From Monocercomonoides exilis PA203 (taxonomy: Eukaryota; Protista; Preaxostyla): DNA of 64,000 nucleotides. This document shows, piece after piece, positions 49,908-61,825 of this stretch. The DNA is taken from positions 186,001 through 250,000 of the forward strand of contig LSRY02000063.1 in NCBI GenBank assembly GCA_001643675.2. The letters run 5' to 3'. Position numbers and translations under genes: made by a program. Position 1 is the first letter of the stretch. Each line of letters starts with the position of its first letter. Under the pieces are notes generated by a model that was not told where the DNA came from, made no database searches, and was given only the letters and a program-made list of their open reading frames with translations.

Positions 49908-50846
49908 ACTAAAACAAAACTCGGACGAATTTAAATTGTCGCATCGAACTGACAGAGTCGAATCAATATTTGTTCATCTTATTTGGAGTGACTCAATCAC
50001 ATCGAATGTTACTCAATCTCAGTTTGGTCGAAATTGTTACTTTCATGATCAAAGTTTTTGATCAAACATTTTGTTGTTTTGTTCGTAATTAGCCTTTAAA
50101 TAGTTAATACTTGATGATTTTCTGATATGTTGTTGACCGTTTGACGGTTTTTTCATTTTCAGGTGAATTTTTTCATGCACCTTTGTTTGATTCGGATTTT
50201 TATTAACCTTTTATTTTTTGCGGTTGTGATGTGGTTTTCAACTTACTCTTTTCTAGTCGTTCGATATAAGATTTCATTTTGTGTGAACAACGTTTTTATA
50301 TTCGATTTATTTATCATTTTTTTATTTTCTTGAAAATTTTAAACTTTTTTGGTTTTCGTATGTGTTGTATTTTCTTCACCTGAACATTTTTAAATATTTT
50401 GAATGTTTTGATTATAAATGGCAAACAAAAGGCTTAATGTGATATTGTTTTATGTTTTTTTGTTATTTTCAGAAAAATCGAAAAATATGTTAAAAAACAA
50501 ATAATTCTAGTTTGTATGGTTTAATTATTAAGTGAAAATAGGAAAAGGAGTTCAAAAATGATTTATAAATTAACCAATTTCAATTTCAAACAAAGAAATT
50601 ATCATTTAACTGAAATTTTTGTAATTTATTTTTAATTTAAAAAAAAAAAGTCTTTGAAATGTCAAATGAACAATATTTATTTTATAATGATTGATATTGA
50701 CAAAAAGAAAATCAAAGAATTTGTTTAGAAAAATTATTGTTAATATCTGATCATGGGAACCAGAATTGGTGGGATCGGATGTGACTCAGTCACATTGAAT
50801 TTGATTAATCAAAACTGTTTTATATCTATCTTTATAAGCCTTAACT

Positions 50847-50902
50847 TAGCCCTGGGTGACGTGAAAAAAAAGTTCGTCACGTCCGTCACCAATTTTCCAC
50901 TA

Positions 50903-50946
<44 letters not shown>

Positions 50947-53900
50947 TAAAATTAATATAAAATAAACGATTACTAAAACTACTAAAGACTTTTCAAAACG
51001 CTATAGAAAAGATTTGTTGATAGCATCTGTAATATCTTGTCGTTTTTTCTCTTTTGTCAGTGACTGTCAATGACAAATTGTGACAAAAATATTCCTCAAC
51101 TGACATTTCGTGTCAAATAAAATAAATATTGGGAACCTGATCATTTTATTTTTATTTTAATTTTTTCAATATAGTAAGAATTATTTCATGAAGATAATCA
51201 AATTAATTATTATAGTAATTAAGAATGATGAAATCGTTATAATACCCATTTTTGACAAATCACAAATATCTTATCAGTCATTTTGTAATTTTTTCATTTT
51301 TCACTTGTCACGTCACAGAGGTATAATGCAGATCAATTGATTTCCTCTGAAATATGATATCGAAGATATCTTTTTGATCAATTGGTCCCATCATAACATT
51401 ATTAATGAAACAAACAAAATGCTCTAACCCTTTGTAGGCAATAATTGCGTTATGAGAATGCGTTACAGGTACTAATGTATTTGTTTATATTACAAATTTT
51501 AAATTTAAACCATTTTGTTTCATCCAAGCATTCGCAAATTCCTTTTTAATATTCATACGCCGCCGCTTCTGAATGCAATGTTTTTCTAATATGCAAGCAA
51601 TTGAAAATGATAAACGCTATGATGTGTAAATGCTAATTGTTATTAATTTGTGTTTGTATCATTTTCTTTTTAAAAAGGAATTATTTCATAAATTTATAGA
51701 ATGCAATTAGGAGGTGCAAATCCGAAAAACCTTGAAATAAATAAATGAGCAGACGAAATGAATTTACAAGAATATGAATCAATTTTTTTTATAAAATCGG
51801 TCAATTATGCTACAAATATGATTGGAAAAAGCTAAAATCTTTGGATAAATATATTGTGTTGTTACAGCATTTTAAACATTCTTTGCATTTGAGAGAATAT
51901 AGATTCGGAAGTTTTCTCCATTCTTCGCGGTGGAAATAAATTGAGGAAGCAAATGTTGGTGAAAATCGGAAGCAGAAAGCAAAGGATGAAAGACTCTTGG
52001 TTGATCTTTACAAATGCTTTACGTAGCTAATTGAATGATTCATTTTTGAGGAATTGCTTTCGATTATTGTGATTTTCCTTCTGAAGATTGGGTCAAAGAA
52101 AGAGAAAAGTAATTAGTCACAAAAAAGTTTTTATTTTTTTGATAACTTTTAACGGAATTGAACATAGGGGAATGTGATTTATTTATTGATTGATTTTTTG
52201 AATTTTTTGTTTCATTTATTTATGTCTTTCTTTTTAATTAGAAAAAGGTACTAGAATTTCTTTACATAAATGAAATCCAAGAAATCATTTAATATCATCA
52301 AAATCGCAACGATCTCACTCATCTTGTTTTTCAGCGCTTTTGAGTGTTTGCAATGAGGAGGATTGTCACTGAACGAGGCTTGCAAGAACTTGTGCATGAT
52401 GGGTCGCATTTTATCAGTGAGGCAATAAAGGAACCGGAAAAGTTCACAAAAATTAAAAATAGAGAAATAAATGTAGATGAAAATGGAGAAGAAGTGAGAA
52501 AATGCGTGCATAAAAAGAAGATAGCTTCAAGAAAATTCTTCAGAAGTTGCTTTTTTGCCAACTTAGAAACAAATAATTCGCCAAATTTATTATCAGCATT
52601 ATTTGTGTATTTAGAATGGAAAATAATCGACAAAGAGGAATAAATGATCAATGCATCATATTATTTCGATATGCAACAGAAAATGAATTTGTGGAAATGG
52701 ATGACTTTTTGCAAAGTGGAACAGTTGAAGCCAATTTGAAACAGGTCAGTCAATAAGCAATAGATGTTGAAATAACATTTAGAAGCATTTCATTTTTTTG
52801 ATTTTTTTTTTTTCAAGTTCATTGAAAGAAGAGGAGAACGAAGAAACGAAAAAAGTGAAAAGATAGATAATTGAACGACATGTTTTTGAAAAGAAAAAAG
52901 AAGCAGAATACGAAAAGAAAATCGCAAACTTTTGTTGAATATTGGATTTCCTAAAAAGGTTACGCAATCTTTTTGTATTCTCGTTGAATATTTCTGATAA
53001 TTTCGTGAAAGCTTGAGAAATAGTTTAAATTTTTTCCCTAATTTTGGATATTTGGTCTTTCTTTTTTAATTGTTTAACAAAATAAGTGACAAACATTCTC
53101 TAAATAAACGAAAGCATATCTTTTATTTTAAAAATGTTTCGAAATGAAACAAAGCAATGAAAGAGAAGTTTTTTTTCGCCTATTCGATTAATATCTTTTT
53201 TCAACTTTCAAATAAAGAACAAATTGGATAATTTTTTTAAAAAAAAAACACTCCACAAAGCCGGTATGTCCTTTTTGAAAATAATCGTCATTAGATGCAG
53301 TACGGAAATTTTTTAAAAGAATTTAAAAATCTTTAAGATTCTTTCATTTCTTTCTAAAAATATGCTCAATAATATTTGAAATGAGATGGAAAATAAGGAC
53401 AGTTTTTTGAAGACAATCACTTCGAGAAGTGGAAGAAGAGTGAACAAATCTATTTGAAGGAACTTTTTAATATGCAAAAATGCATGATTGATTATAAAAA
53501 TATCAATTCAGCAAATATCGTTGAAAAAATATATATATGTCTAAATTTTTTTGAAAAGTTTCTTTTGTTTAATTTTCTTTAAAAAATAAAAATTTCAAAT
53601 TTCGATCAAACATAAGTTCTCTCTCAAAAACTATTCTCAAATGGAAATGACAACATTGTCAAGATTTTGTTTTCATGCTAGCAAAATTTGGTGAGTGGAA
53701 ATAGAAATTTTATCGAAATATGAATTTTTTATTCTATTTGATAATAAAACAAAAGGAACTTTGCAAAAAAATTTAGTCATATCTTCAAATTTGTTAAAAC
53801 ATTGTTTCACTTCAATTCGAAATTTGATCATTTCACATCTCAAACAAACATTTACAAACTTATTTAATAACAAACCACTGAAATTGCTATTCTTTTTATA

Positions 53901-54631
53901 TTGCATTTAATTCTCAACATCTCTGTGTTAATATCTGAATGTTTCAAGTCAAACATGAACGAAAATATTCTTTTCATTTTTACAAATGTCATTTCATCCG
54001 GCAACCATGTTGAACATCAATGAATCAACAAATCCAATAAAGGATATCATTCAAAATGTTCGTTCAATTTATGAAATCAATATATGTTTAACATTAAAAC
54101 TATAATTGTGCATTATTATTAAAAATAGAATAATTTAAAAACAATTCAGACTTTGCATTAAGTCTCATTGCATTTATTCAACAAAAGAAAACAACAATGC
54201 AAGTTCTCATTCTTTTCAAATTGCTTTTATTTATATCTTTAAAGAAAAAAGGCAAATGTATCTACTGAAGAACGAATAGTTATGGTTGTCGAAAAAAAAT
54301 GATAAAAAAACAAAGTTAAGATTTGGGTCGTATGTCTTGTTGAATTGTTTTTTCTTTCGCATTTTTTGAATAATTGACGGGAAGTGACGTCAATGACGTC
54401 AGTGAAGTCAGTGACGAATGAAAAATCCTATTTCCGCTTTAGCGTCAGTGATAACTGAATAATGGTAATTTTGATAAATAAATTTCAATTTCTTTTCTTT
54501 TCTTTTCTTTTTTTTTTCTTTTTCTTTTTCTTTTTTTTTCTTTTTTCTTTTTTTTGTGACGTGGAAAAAAATGTCACATCCGTAAAAAATCGAAAAGGTC
54601 ACGTCAGAAGTCAGCACGTCACCCAGGGCTA
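50847..54631. mobile_element. Non-autonomous hAT-like element Y2 (TAGCCCTGGGTGACGTG TIR, ~8-bp TSD GCCTTAAC)
   Basis: gccttaac t|tagccctgggtgacgtg ... cacgtcacccagggcta|gccttaac; empty-site-like sequence at 49851-49870; one extra T on the left. Confidence 0.8.
51690..52960 (+). pseudogene. Heavily decayed member of the same helical family as 20330-21560 (cargo of Y2)
   Basis: ADEMNLQEYESIF, KQKAKDERLLVDL, HQNRNDLTHL and QSGTVE remnants in the same order. Confidence 0.45.
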
Positions 54632-55500
54632 GCCTTAACACATCTTATTCTATATGAGTGAATAAATTCGTACAAGTTCTAAGGATGTGTGTTCATTTGC
54701 TCAGATGATCAAAAATCAACACATTCTTTGGATGGTGAAAAATGTCAAAGAAAGAGCTTGAGATTCAAAGAACTGCAGCATCCAGTGACACGTAGTTACT
54801 GGAAACTTTTCACGAGACAGGTCTTCGTTTGCATCTTGTTTGCGGAATATAAAAAGGGAATACTGGTATAACATTGGAAAATTCAAAAATCAATATTAGC
54901 AATTTATTTTTTTACATTTTAAATATATGGGGGGAAATACGGACTTTCAAGTTTTTTTTTGCACAAGGTATTGAAAATTTGCTTCAGTCATAACGAAATT
55001 ACGCGTTCTCAAATTTTAAATAAAATTGGAATTTCAGATCCTTAAACAAATGTTAAAGATATCACCACATAATTTTTTGTGATCTCGTTCGCATTTCACA
55101 AAATGGACACATTTATTTCATATTTTTTTGATCACAAAAAATTCATCAAAGGCGCATAATTTTTCAATGAAAATGCCTAAAGTTAAATATTTTGTCCCAT
55201 ATCAGCTATTAAAAGTTATTTATTTTTTGCGGTAACTTGTAATATATTTTTTTGAATTAATTTTTTGATCAAATCTTATTCCCATTTTTTGAGTGAAAAC
55301 AACTAATTTTCTTGACTGAAACATTTATTATCTTAAAAGAAAAGCCAACTTTATGATAATTCATGCATTTAATGAAGAAGAAATGGCTTGGTATATGTCA
55401 TTCACTTTACTGAGAGATGAAGAGGGAAAAAATGCATGTGAATTAGTTTTGTTATGAAGCCGTAAAAAATGAAAAATTGAGCTCTTCAAAAATATTATAT

Positions 55501-55740
55501 GCGTAATTCTTTTTGAAAAGTCGCAAATGTTTAATTTTCAAATAAATCAAAAATTTCATATTTTGCTCATATTTATGTTTCCACTCTCCAAACTTCACTG
55601 ATATGGAATACATTTCTGGATAATGCTATTTCATTCATTCTGAAGAAATTTCGTGAGTGGAAACAGAAATTTGAGCAAAATAAGTAATTTTTGATTTATC
55701 TGAAAATTAAACATTTGCAACTTTTCAAAAAGAATGACAC
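55501..55740. mobile_element. Palindromic MITE of the Z family, ATAT TSD
   Basis: atat|gcgtaattctttttgaaaagtcgc ... gcaacttttcaaaaagaatgacac|atat; inverted almost throughout. Confidence 0.8.
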
Positions 55741-56169
55741 ATATTCCTTTTTAATAGATGTCATATGCTTAAGGATATTATAAAATATCTTCTATTATTG
55801 GGTTTCGGTGAAATGAATAAGTTTCGAATTCGAAAAATATTTTTTGGGTTCGGGTTGTTAAAAAAAAAAATAAAAATAAATAAAGTATTTTTGAGGTGCA
55901 GAAACTCATTAAAAATGAAGATGATGGAACTGAAAAAAAGATTCGGTTCACTTTCATATTGTTATCTTTTATAATGAGATGAAAATTACTAAAATATCAA
56001 GGCCTATATTAGAACAATATTGTGAATGAAATATTTCACATCGCATTGAAACAATTTTTAAAAAAATTGAAAAATTCTATTTTAATTCAGATTAATTTCC
56101 GCGCGTGATATTTTGAATAAATATATTAAAAACAATGATTATCACTTTTATCATAAAATAAAGAAAATT

Positions 56170-57460
56170 CTGATGTTCCGGAAAAGAACCCATTTGAACA
56201 AAAAAGCTTCAATTGAACACGCAAATAATGTTTCCAGATATTCTCTGAAAATAGCTAAAAAAGTTCTGAAGGAGAATCGTGTCGTCGGATAACCTGGGAG
56301 ACCTTTTATTTATTCTAAAACAGACGAACAAAAAAATTAATTGTCAGATTGAAAGTCGATGTGGATAAAGGAATTTTCCATTCTATGAGAGATATGGCGG
56401 AAATGATTTGTGACCATTCGAATATATATATTTCTATTTTTTTGTTGCATGAAGGCAAATGAAATTAGAAGAGAAAAAAGAACTGAAGAAGAAGAAGTCG
56501 AATTTGTTGGCAAACACTGGTCAAAGAGATAAATGAAAGATATTCAAAACTTGCTTTGAAAATAGTATCAAAGTTACCAATAAGCCGTGCTGCGCATAAT
56601 TCGAAGTAAACAGTTGGTCCTTTATTTGACAAATTCGTTTTGTTCTTTTCCGATGAAAAAATTGTGTCGCAATTGTTGATCAATTTAATTCAATCACAAC
56701 CATTTTTTTTGAAATATTCATATAATAGAATTGGTTCCATCATCTTCTTCTGTTCATTAAGTCATCCCAGAGCCTTCGTTTCTAAATGTCACATGAATTG
56801 CTGTTCTTCCAAGCGCAGATGGAGTGAGATATTTAACTCCAGTTCTTATCCCATATTCAACAATTCCCAAAGAATAAATAGAAGCTGCAACAGAAAATGA
56901 GGTATTCATTCCATGTTCAACTTGACACATGACGGTTGCATGGTTTCTTGATGTATTTCAAAAAGTGATACTTCCGAGCATAAAAAAAGTTAATTGCCAT
57001 TGGTCAACAACACAATCACGCTGCCTTGGTTATGGATGGATCGATAGGACATTTTTCTACAGAGATCAAAAAATTATGCAAAGATAATTAAATTGAGCTT
57101 ATTCAACTACCATCACACACCTCTCACTTGGTACAACCAAAAACCAGTACATTTTTGTGAACAAAAAAAATATTTTAAAAATCAACAGAATGAGGGATAA
57201 TTTACACGGCTAGTGAAAGAAGAAAAGAATTTTTTTTCGTTCAAAAAGAAGTAATTGCAATGACTTCGTTTCCATATACAATAAAACCTAGCTGGCGAGT
57301 GACAGGACTTCATCCATTGTATCCAGATTCTATTCTTGTTCAACTTCCTGACAAGCATCCTGAATGTACAGAAATTGCTTCATCATCAAACAGGGAACCA
57401 GAAGGAGCAATATCTGGAAAATTTTGGCTTTGTTCTAATGATTTGTCTGTTATTGAAATG
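56170..57460 (+). pseudogene. Decayed pogo/Fot1-like (DDE_1) transposase
   Basis: Remnants in order: HMTVAWFLDVF (~56926), AALVMDG (~57020), IELIQLPSHTSHLVQP (~57093), matching the DDE_1 WMT / LDGH / LPPHTSHLLQP motifs; many stops. Confidence 0.65.
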
Positions 57461-57959
57461 TGATTGAGTTTTTTTGTCCACTCTTTAAAAATTTTCATTC
57501 TTAAATCGATTCTTTCCAAAAACATTCTGATATCATGTTGCAACCAATCTGTTTTTGTTTATTTTCGAAGAGAAAAAAGAAAACTGTGGATGTGGAAATG
57601 TTCGAACTTTTTTGATCATCTGAGCGGGTTTACTCCCCGACTATTGGGAAATTGTGAAAATGCATTGAGTGATCGGTTTCAATGATTTTTTTGAATGCAT
57701 TAACAAGTGTTATAATTTAATTCTATAATTTGCAATTTGAAAATTACACAACACTAGTGTCATCTGGCATTTTTTCATGTCACATTTATCTTTGTGACTA
57801 ACATTCTTTAAGAATAAAATTTAAAATAATTGACGGACTTGCTGAAACAAAATAAACGAAAACGAATAAAAAGAATAAATAAATACGAAAAATAAAATAA
57901 ATTATTGAAACAATAAACCTGAATTATTATAATAAAGAACAAACCGAAAACCATCATAT

Positions 57960-58212
57960 GTGTGATAATTTTTGAAATCATAACTTTTTTCGAGGTACTT
58001 AATATTACTATGTTCAATGGAATTATCTAAAATTTTTCTGATACAAACGTGAAATTTTAAAATTATTGCAAAAAGCCAATGCCCGAGTTGAATGCAATCA
58101 AAAATATCTATAAATTGCATTATTCCTTTTCAGCGCATATTTTTAACATTCAAAACTTATTCTCAAATCGAAATATTTGATTGAATATATATGATTTCAA
58201 AAATAATCACCC
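57960..58212. mobile_element. MITE Z2 (GGGTGATTATTTTTGAAATCATA-type TIR), ATAT TSD
   Basis: atat|gtgtgataatttttgaaatcata ... tatgatttcaaaaataatcaccc|atat. Confidence 0.75.
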
Positions 58213-58489
58213 ATATGGAACACAACAATGTGAAATTGATCGTTATGACATTTTTGGATTTTAAAAATCAAAAATCGTCAATAAAATCAAACACCATCAG
58301 TTCCAGTTTTGTGGAAAACATTGATTCAGAACAAAATAAATATGATGAAGGACTCATATAATACTTATCAGATTTTTTTGTTGTTCAATTTTTCTTAATA
58401 TTTTTTTTTCCTTTAACCAGAATAATTCAATTTGACGGATGTGGTGAGGGATTTTTTATTTGTGCACCATTCTTAATATCTTACGATTT

Positions 58490-58745
58490 GGGTGATTATT
58501 TTAGAAATCATATTTTTTCTAACAAAATTTTTGGTTTTAAAAATGATATTGAATATTATTAAATGAACATTGACAAGTGAAATGGCTTGTTGAATACATT
58601 TTTATCTTTGATTCCGAAAAACCATTTGTTTTTAAAAACAATAATCATGCTTTTTCACTTTTGAATTCTAATTTTCTTTTATTAAACTGAAAAACAATGA
58701 AAACAGACACCGCGAAAAAAGTTATGATAAAAAAAATAATTACCC
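58490..58745. mobile_element. MITE Z2, ATTT TSD
   Basis: attt|gggtgattattttagaaatcata ... tatgataaaaaaaataattaccc|attt. Confidence 0.7.
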
Positions 58746-59868
58746 ATTTCTTTTCAGCGTTACTTTTAATATCGTTTTATATATTCACAATAGCTCGAAA
58801 AGTGTTCAAGCTATCTTTCAAAGACATTTTTTTATGTGAAGAATGTGTTCATTGTTTATCATTTAACTTCGAAAGAGTTCTTTCAAAAAAAAAAAAATCA
58901 AAAAATATCACACTTATTCGAAAAATTGTGGGTTTGAAAAAAAAATTATATATTTGATCACTGAATATCATTTTTTGTGATGTGTTTTGTTCTAATTTTT
59001 TCTTTTTCATTTTCCCCTTTCATTTCCATTCTATTCAATTCATTTTCATTTTTTGTTTTTTTCATTTTTTTGTTTTATTTTTTATTTTAAAATTTCTTTA
59101 ACTAATGCTTAGCTTGTATTTCCGCGAGTTTTTGAAACCGTGTGTTTTCCTTGTTAGTGAAGTTTTTTTACTTTTCTTTTTCTCATTTATCATTATTTGA
59201 AAACCAAGAAATCCTTTTTTTTTTGTTTTTTTGTTGTTGTTTTGCAACATCTTCTTTTTTGAAAAATACTTAAATTTAAACACAGGAAATTTCTATAACC
59301 TCGATTCCTTGTGTTTCAATAATAGAATATTATATGAAATGACATTTGTGAAAGCCATCTTTGTTAAATTTTTGTGAGTTGAATGTTTTACGTGGAAAAC
59401 AATACATCAATATTTTCATTTTCTGGTGAAAATCCTTTTCGATGCAATTTTTCACCACTTTTTTATATTGAAACACTTTTTTGTTTATCAAATACGTTTG
59501 ACAAATTTGAAAAATAACAATAAACTCCTTCAAAATTTCTGTTTCACGAGAAAAAAGCGAGATGTAAAAACTGTTGAAAAAAAAGGGTTTCTCAGTTTTT
59601 ATACGACCAAAAATGTGAAAAAAAAATCAAAAAACATTATTAATAAGGAATACACTCTGTTTCAAAAGCTTGTGGAAATACAAGCTAAACATTGGTAAAA
59701 AAATATTTTCCTGTAAGATCTTTCTTTTGAAGAATATATTTTCGAAAAGAATACGAGCACAACTTTGTGTGAAAAATATTATTTGGAAAAAAATAATCAC
59801 ACATTGAATGCAAGCTTCTTTTTGAAGCATTAAAAGAAAAAAATGAGGATCTTGCAAAAAAACAATAT

Positions 59869-60123
59869 GTATGATTATTTTTGGAATCATAATTTTTCAT
59901 TCAAAAATTTTGGCACGAAAAATTCCCTTAAACATTAATAAATGAACACTGAAAAATGAAATGGTTTATTGGAGATATCTTCATCTTCATTTCTGCAAAT
60001 GCATTTGTTTATAAAACAGTCGTGCTGAATTTGGCATTTGAATACGAAATCTCTTTCCAATTACAAACAACCTTAGAAAAAACATCACTCCGAAAAAAGT
60101 TATGATTTCAAAAATAATCACCC
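59869..60123. mobile_element. MITE Z2, ATAT TSD
   Basis: atat|gtatgattatttttggaatcata ... tatgatttcaaaaataatcaccc|atat. Confidence 0.7.
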
Positions 60124-60362
60124 ATATACAAAAAATAATTTGACTGAAAAATCATTACATTATTATTTCGAAGTTTTCACGTTTTTTAAGAAATGAGAAT
60201 AAATTAAAAACTGTGACATTTTGTGGCATAATGGTATTATCTCGAAGTACTCAAAACTTTTATTTTTCTATTTCAACATATTTATATGTGTATTCTAACA
60301 ATCTTTATATAATTAAAAATACCAGAAAATGACTTGTATATTTTTTCAGAAAAAATAAAATT

Positions 60363-61486
60363 TTGGGGGAAACAAGCGTTTTACTGGTTGGATTAATTAA
60401 AATTTCTGTGAAAATAGCATATCCAGAAGATGAAAAGGAACATAATTTTGAACTTTTGAAAACATTCACTAATGAAGAAAAGGCTTGGCAGTGGTTTTTT
60501 CAATTTGTTTTACAAGACAAACATCCAGAGTGTACTATTCACCAAAAGAGTTTGGCTTTATTGAATGAAAAAGGAACTTATAGACATTGGATGTGCTTCA
60601 AATGCAACAAAAAACGGACAGTTTTCAAAAATACAAGAATGGAAAATTACAAAATTTGCCAAGGCAAATTTTTTATTAATCGTTTTATTTCTATGGCAAG
60701 GATAAATACAAACTCAGATAAGCTTTATAATAGAAGTTGATCCAAAAATTGTGGGATATTGGAGTAGTGTTTTACGTGTTGAGTGTATGAATATCATTAA
60801 TCGAAGCCCTATCATGATTGGTGGTGTAGGAAAAACAGTTGAAATCGACAAATGCATTTGGAGAAGAAGAAAGTGTAAGAGAGGCAGAAGAAAAAAAGCA
60901 GATATGGATATTAGGAGGATTAGAAAGAAATGAAGATTAGAAAATTTCAAAAAGAAGATTTGTTTTTTTTGTTCCTGACCGAAGTGCCTAAACGCTTTCT
61001 CCTCGAATAAAATCTCACATTCATCAAGGAACCACAATAATGAGCGATGTCTGGCATGCGCACAGCAGCTTGAAGGATCATGGCGACATTCATCAAACAG
61101 TGAATCATACAAAAAATTTTGTGTATCCAATAACGCAGGCATGCACAAATACAGTGGAAGGAATGTGGTCACATCTGAGATCTTTTTTTCCAAGACATGG
61201 CATAAGGGAAAAATATATTGGAGACGATCTTTCTTTTTGGATGGTGAAAAAAACGGTGAAAGTTTCTTTTTTGGATATTGTGGGATATATCGTCAATGGA
61301 AGAGTAAATGAGAGAGAAATCATAGAAGAAGAAGAAGAAATCGAAAATGATGTTCCTGATATTGATGATATCTATGAAATTTCTGTTCCAGAAGATGATA
61401 ATACTTCAAGCGATGAGATTTCTGACGGAGCTAATGCATCAAATTGGAGCGAAGATTTATTGATTTTTAATTTATTTTTATCATGA
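60363..61486 (+). pseudogene. Frameshifted Merlin/IS1595-family transposase
   Basis: Zn ribbon (CTIH..CFKC), VEIDK, MSDVWHAH, HQTVNH and TNTVEGMWSHLR split over three ORFs. Confidence 0.75.
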
Positions 61487-61825
61487 CCCAAAAATGAATT
61501 TTTTTAATTAAATTTAAAATTTTCTATTTTTTTCACAAATCATCAATTTCCTATTAATTTAACATGAAAATAATGAAATAACATATGTTTTCAAATAGTT
61601 TGATAACATTCAAAATGAAAAAAATTCTCTTCGATATAATCTCATCTTGCCCATTTAGTTTATTTATTAAGTTTTTTGTCATCAAAATCACATATTTGAA
61701 CTCTAAAAGGTGTGTTTCGTTTTTAAAAAGGAACCAAAACTTATGATTTACAAAAAATTTTAAGAATAAATGAACATTAATTACAACATCAAATTGTATT
61801 TCATCATCGGTTTCTACTTTCTTCA

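Larger units (their letters stand above)
49916..54680 (-). mobile_element. Non-coding PHIS derivative E10 (most distal), interrupted by Y2
   Basis: Left end AAAACTC-N27-TGACAGAGTC; right ~130 bp closely matches the E9 right end (…aaattcgtacaagttct); no transposase ORF. Confidence 0.65.

Noticed and set aside
60200-61825. TIRs for the decayed Merlin
   Set aside because: No convincing inverted pair with a TSD could be found by eye.
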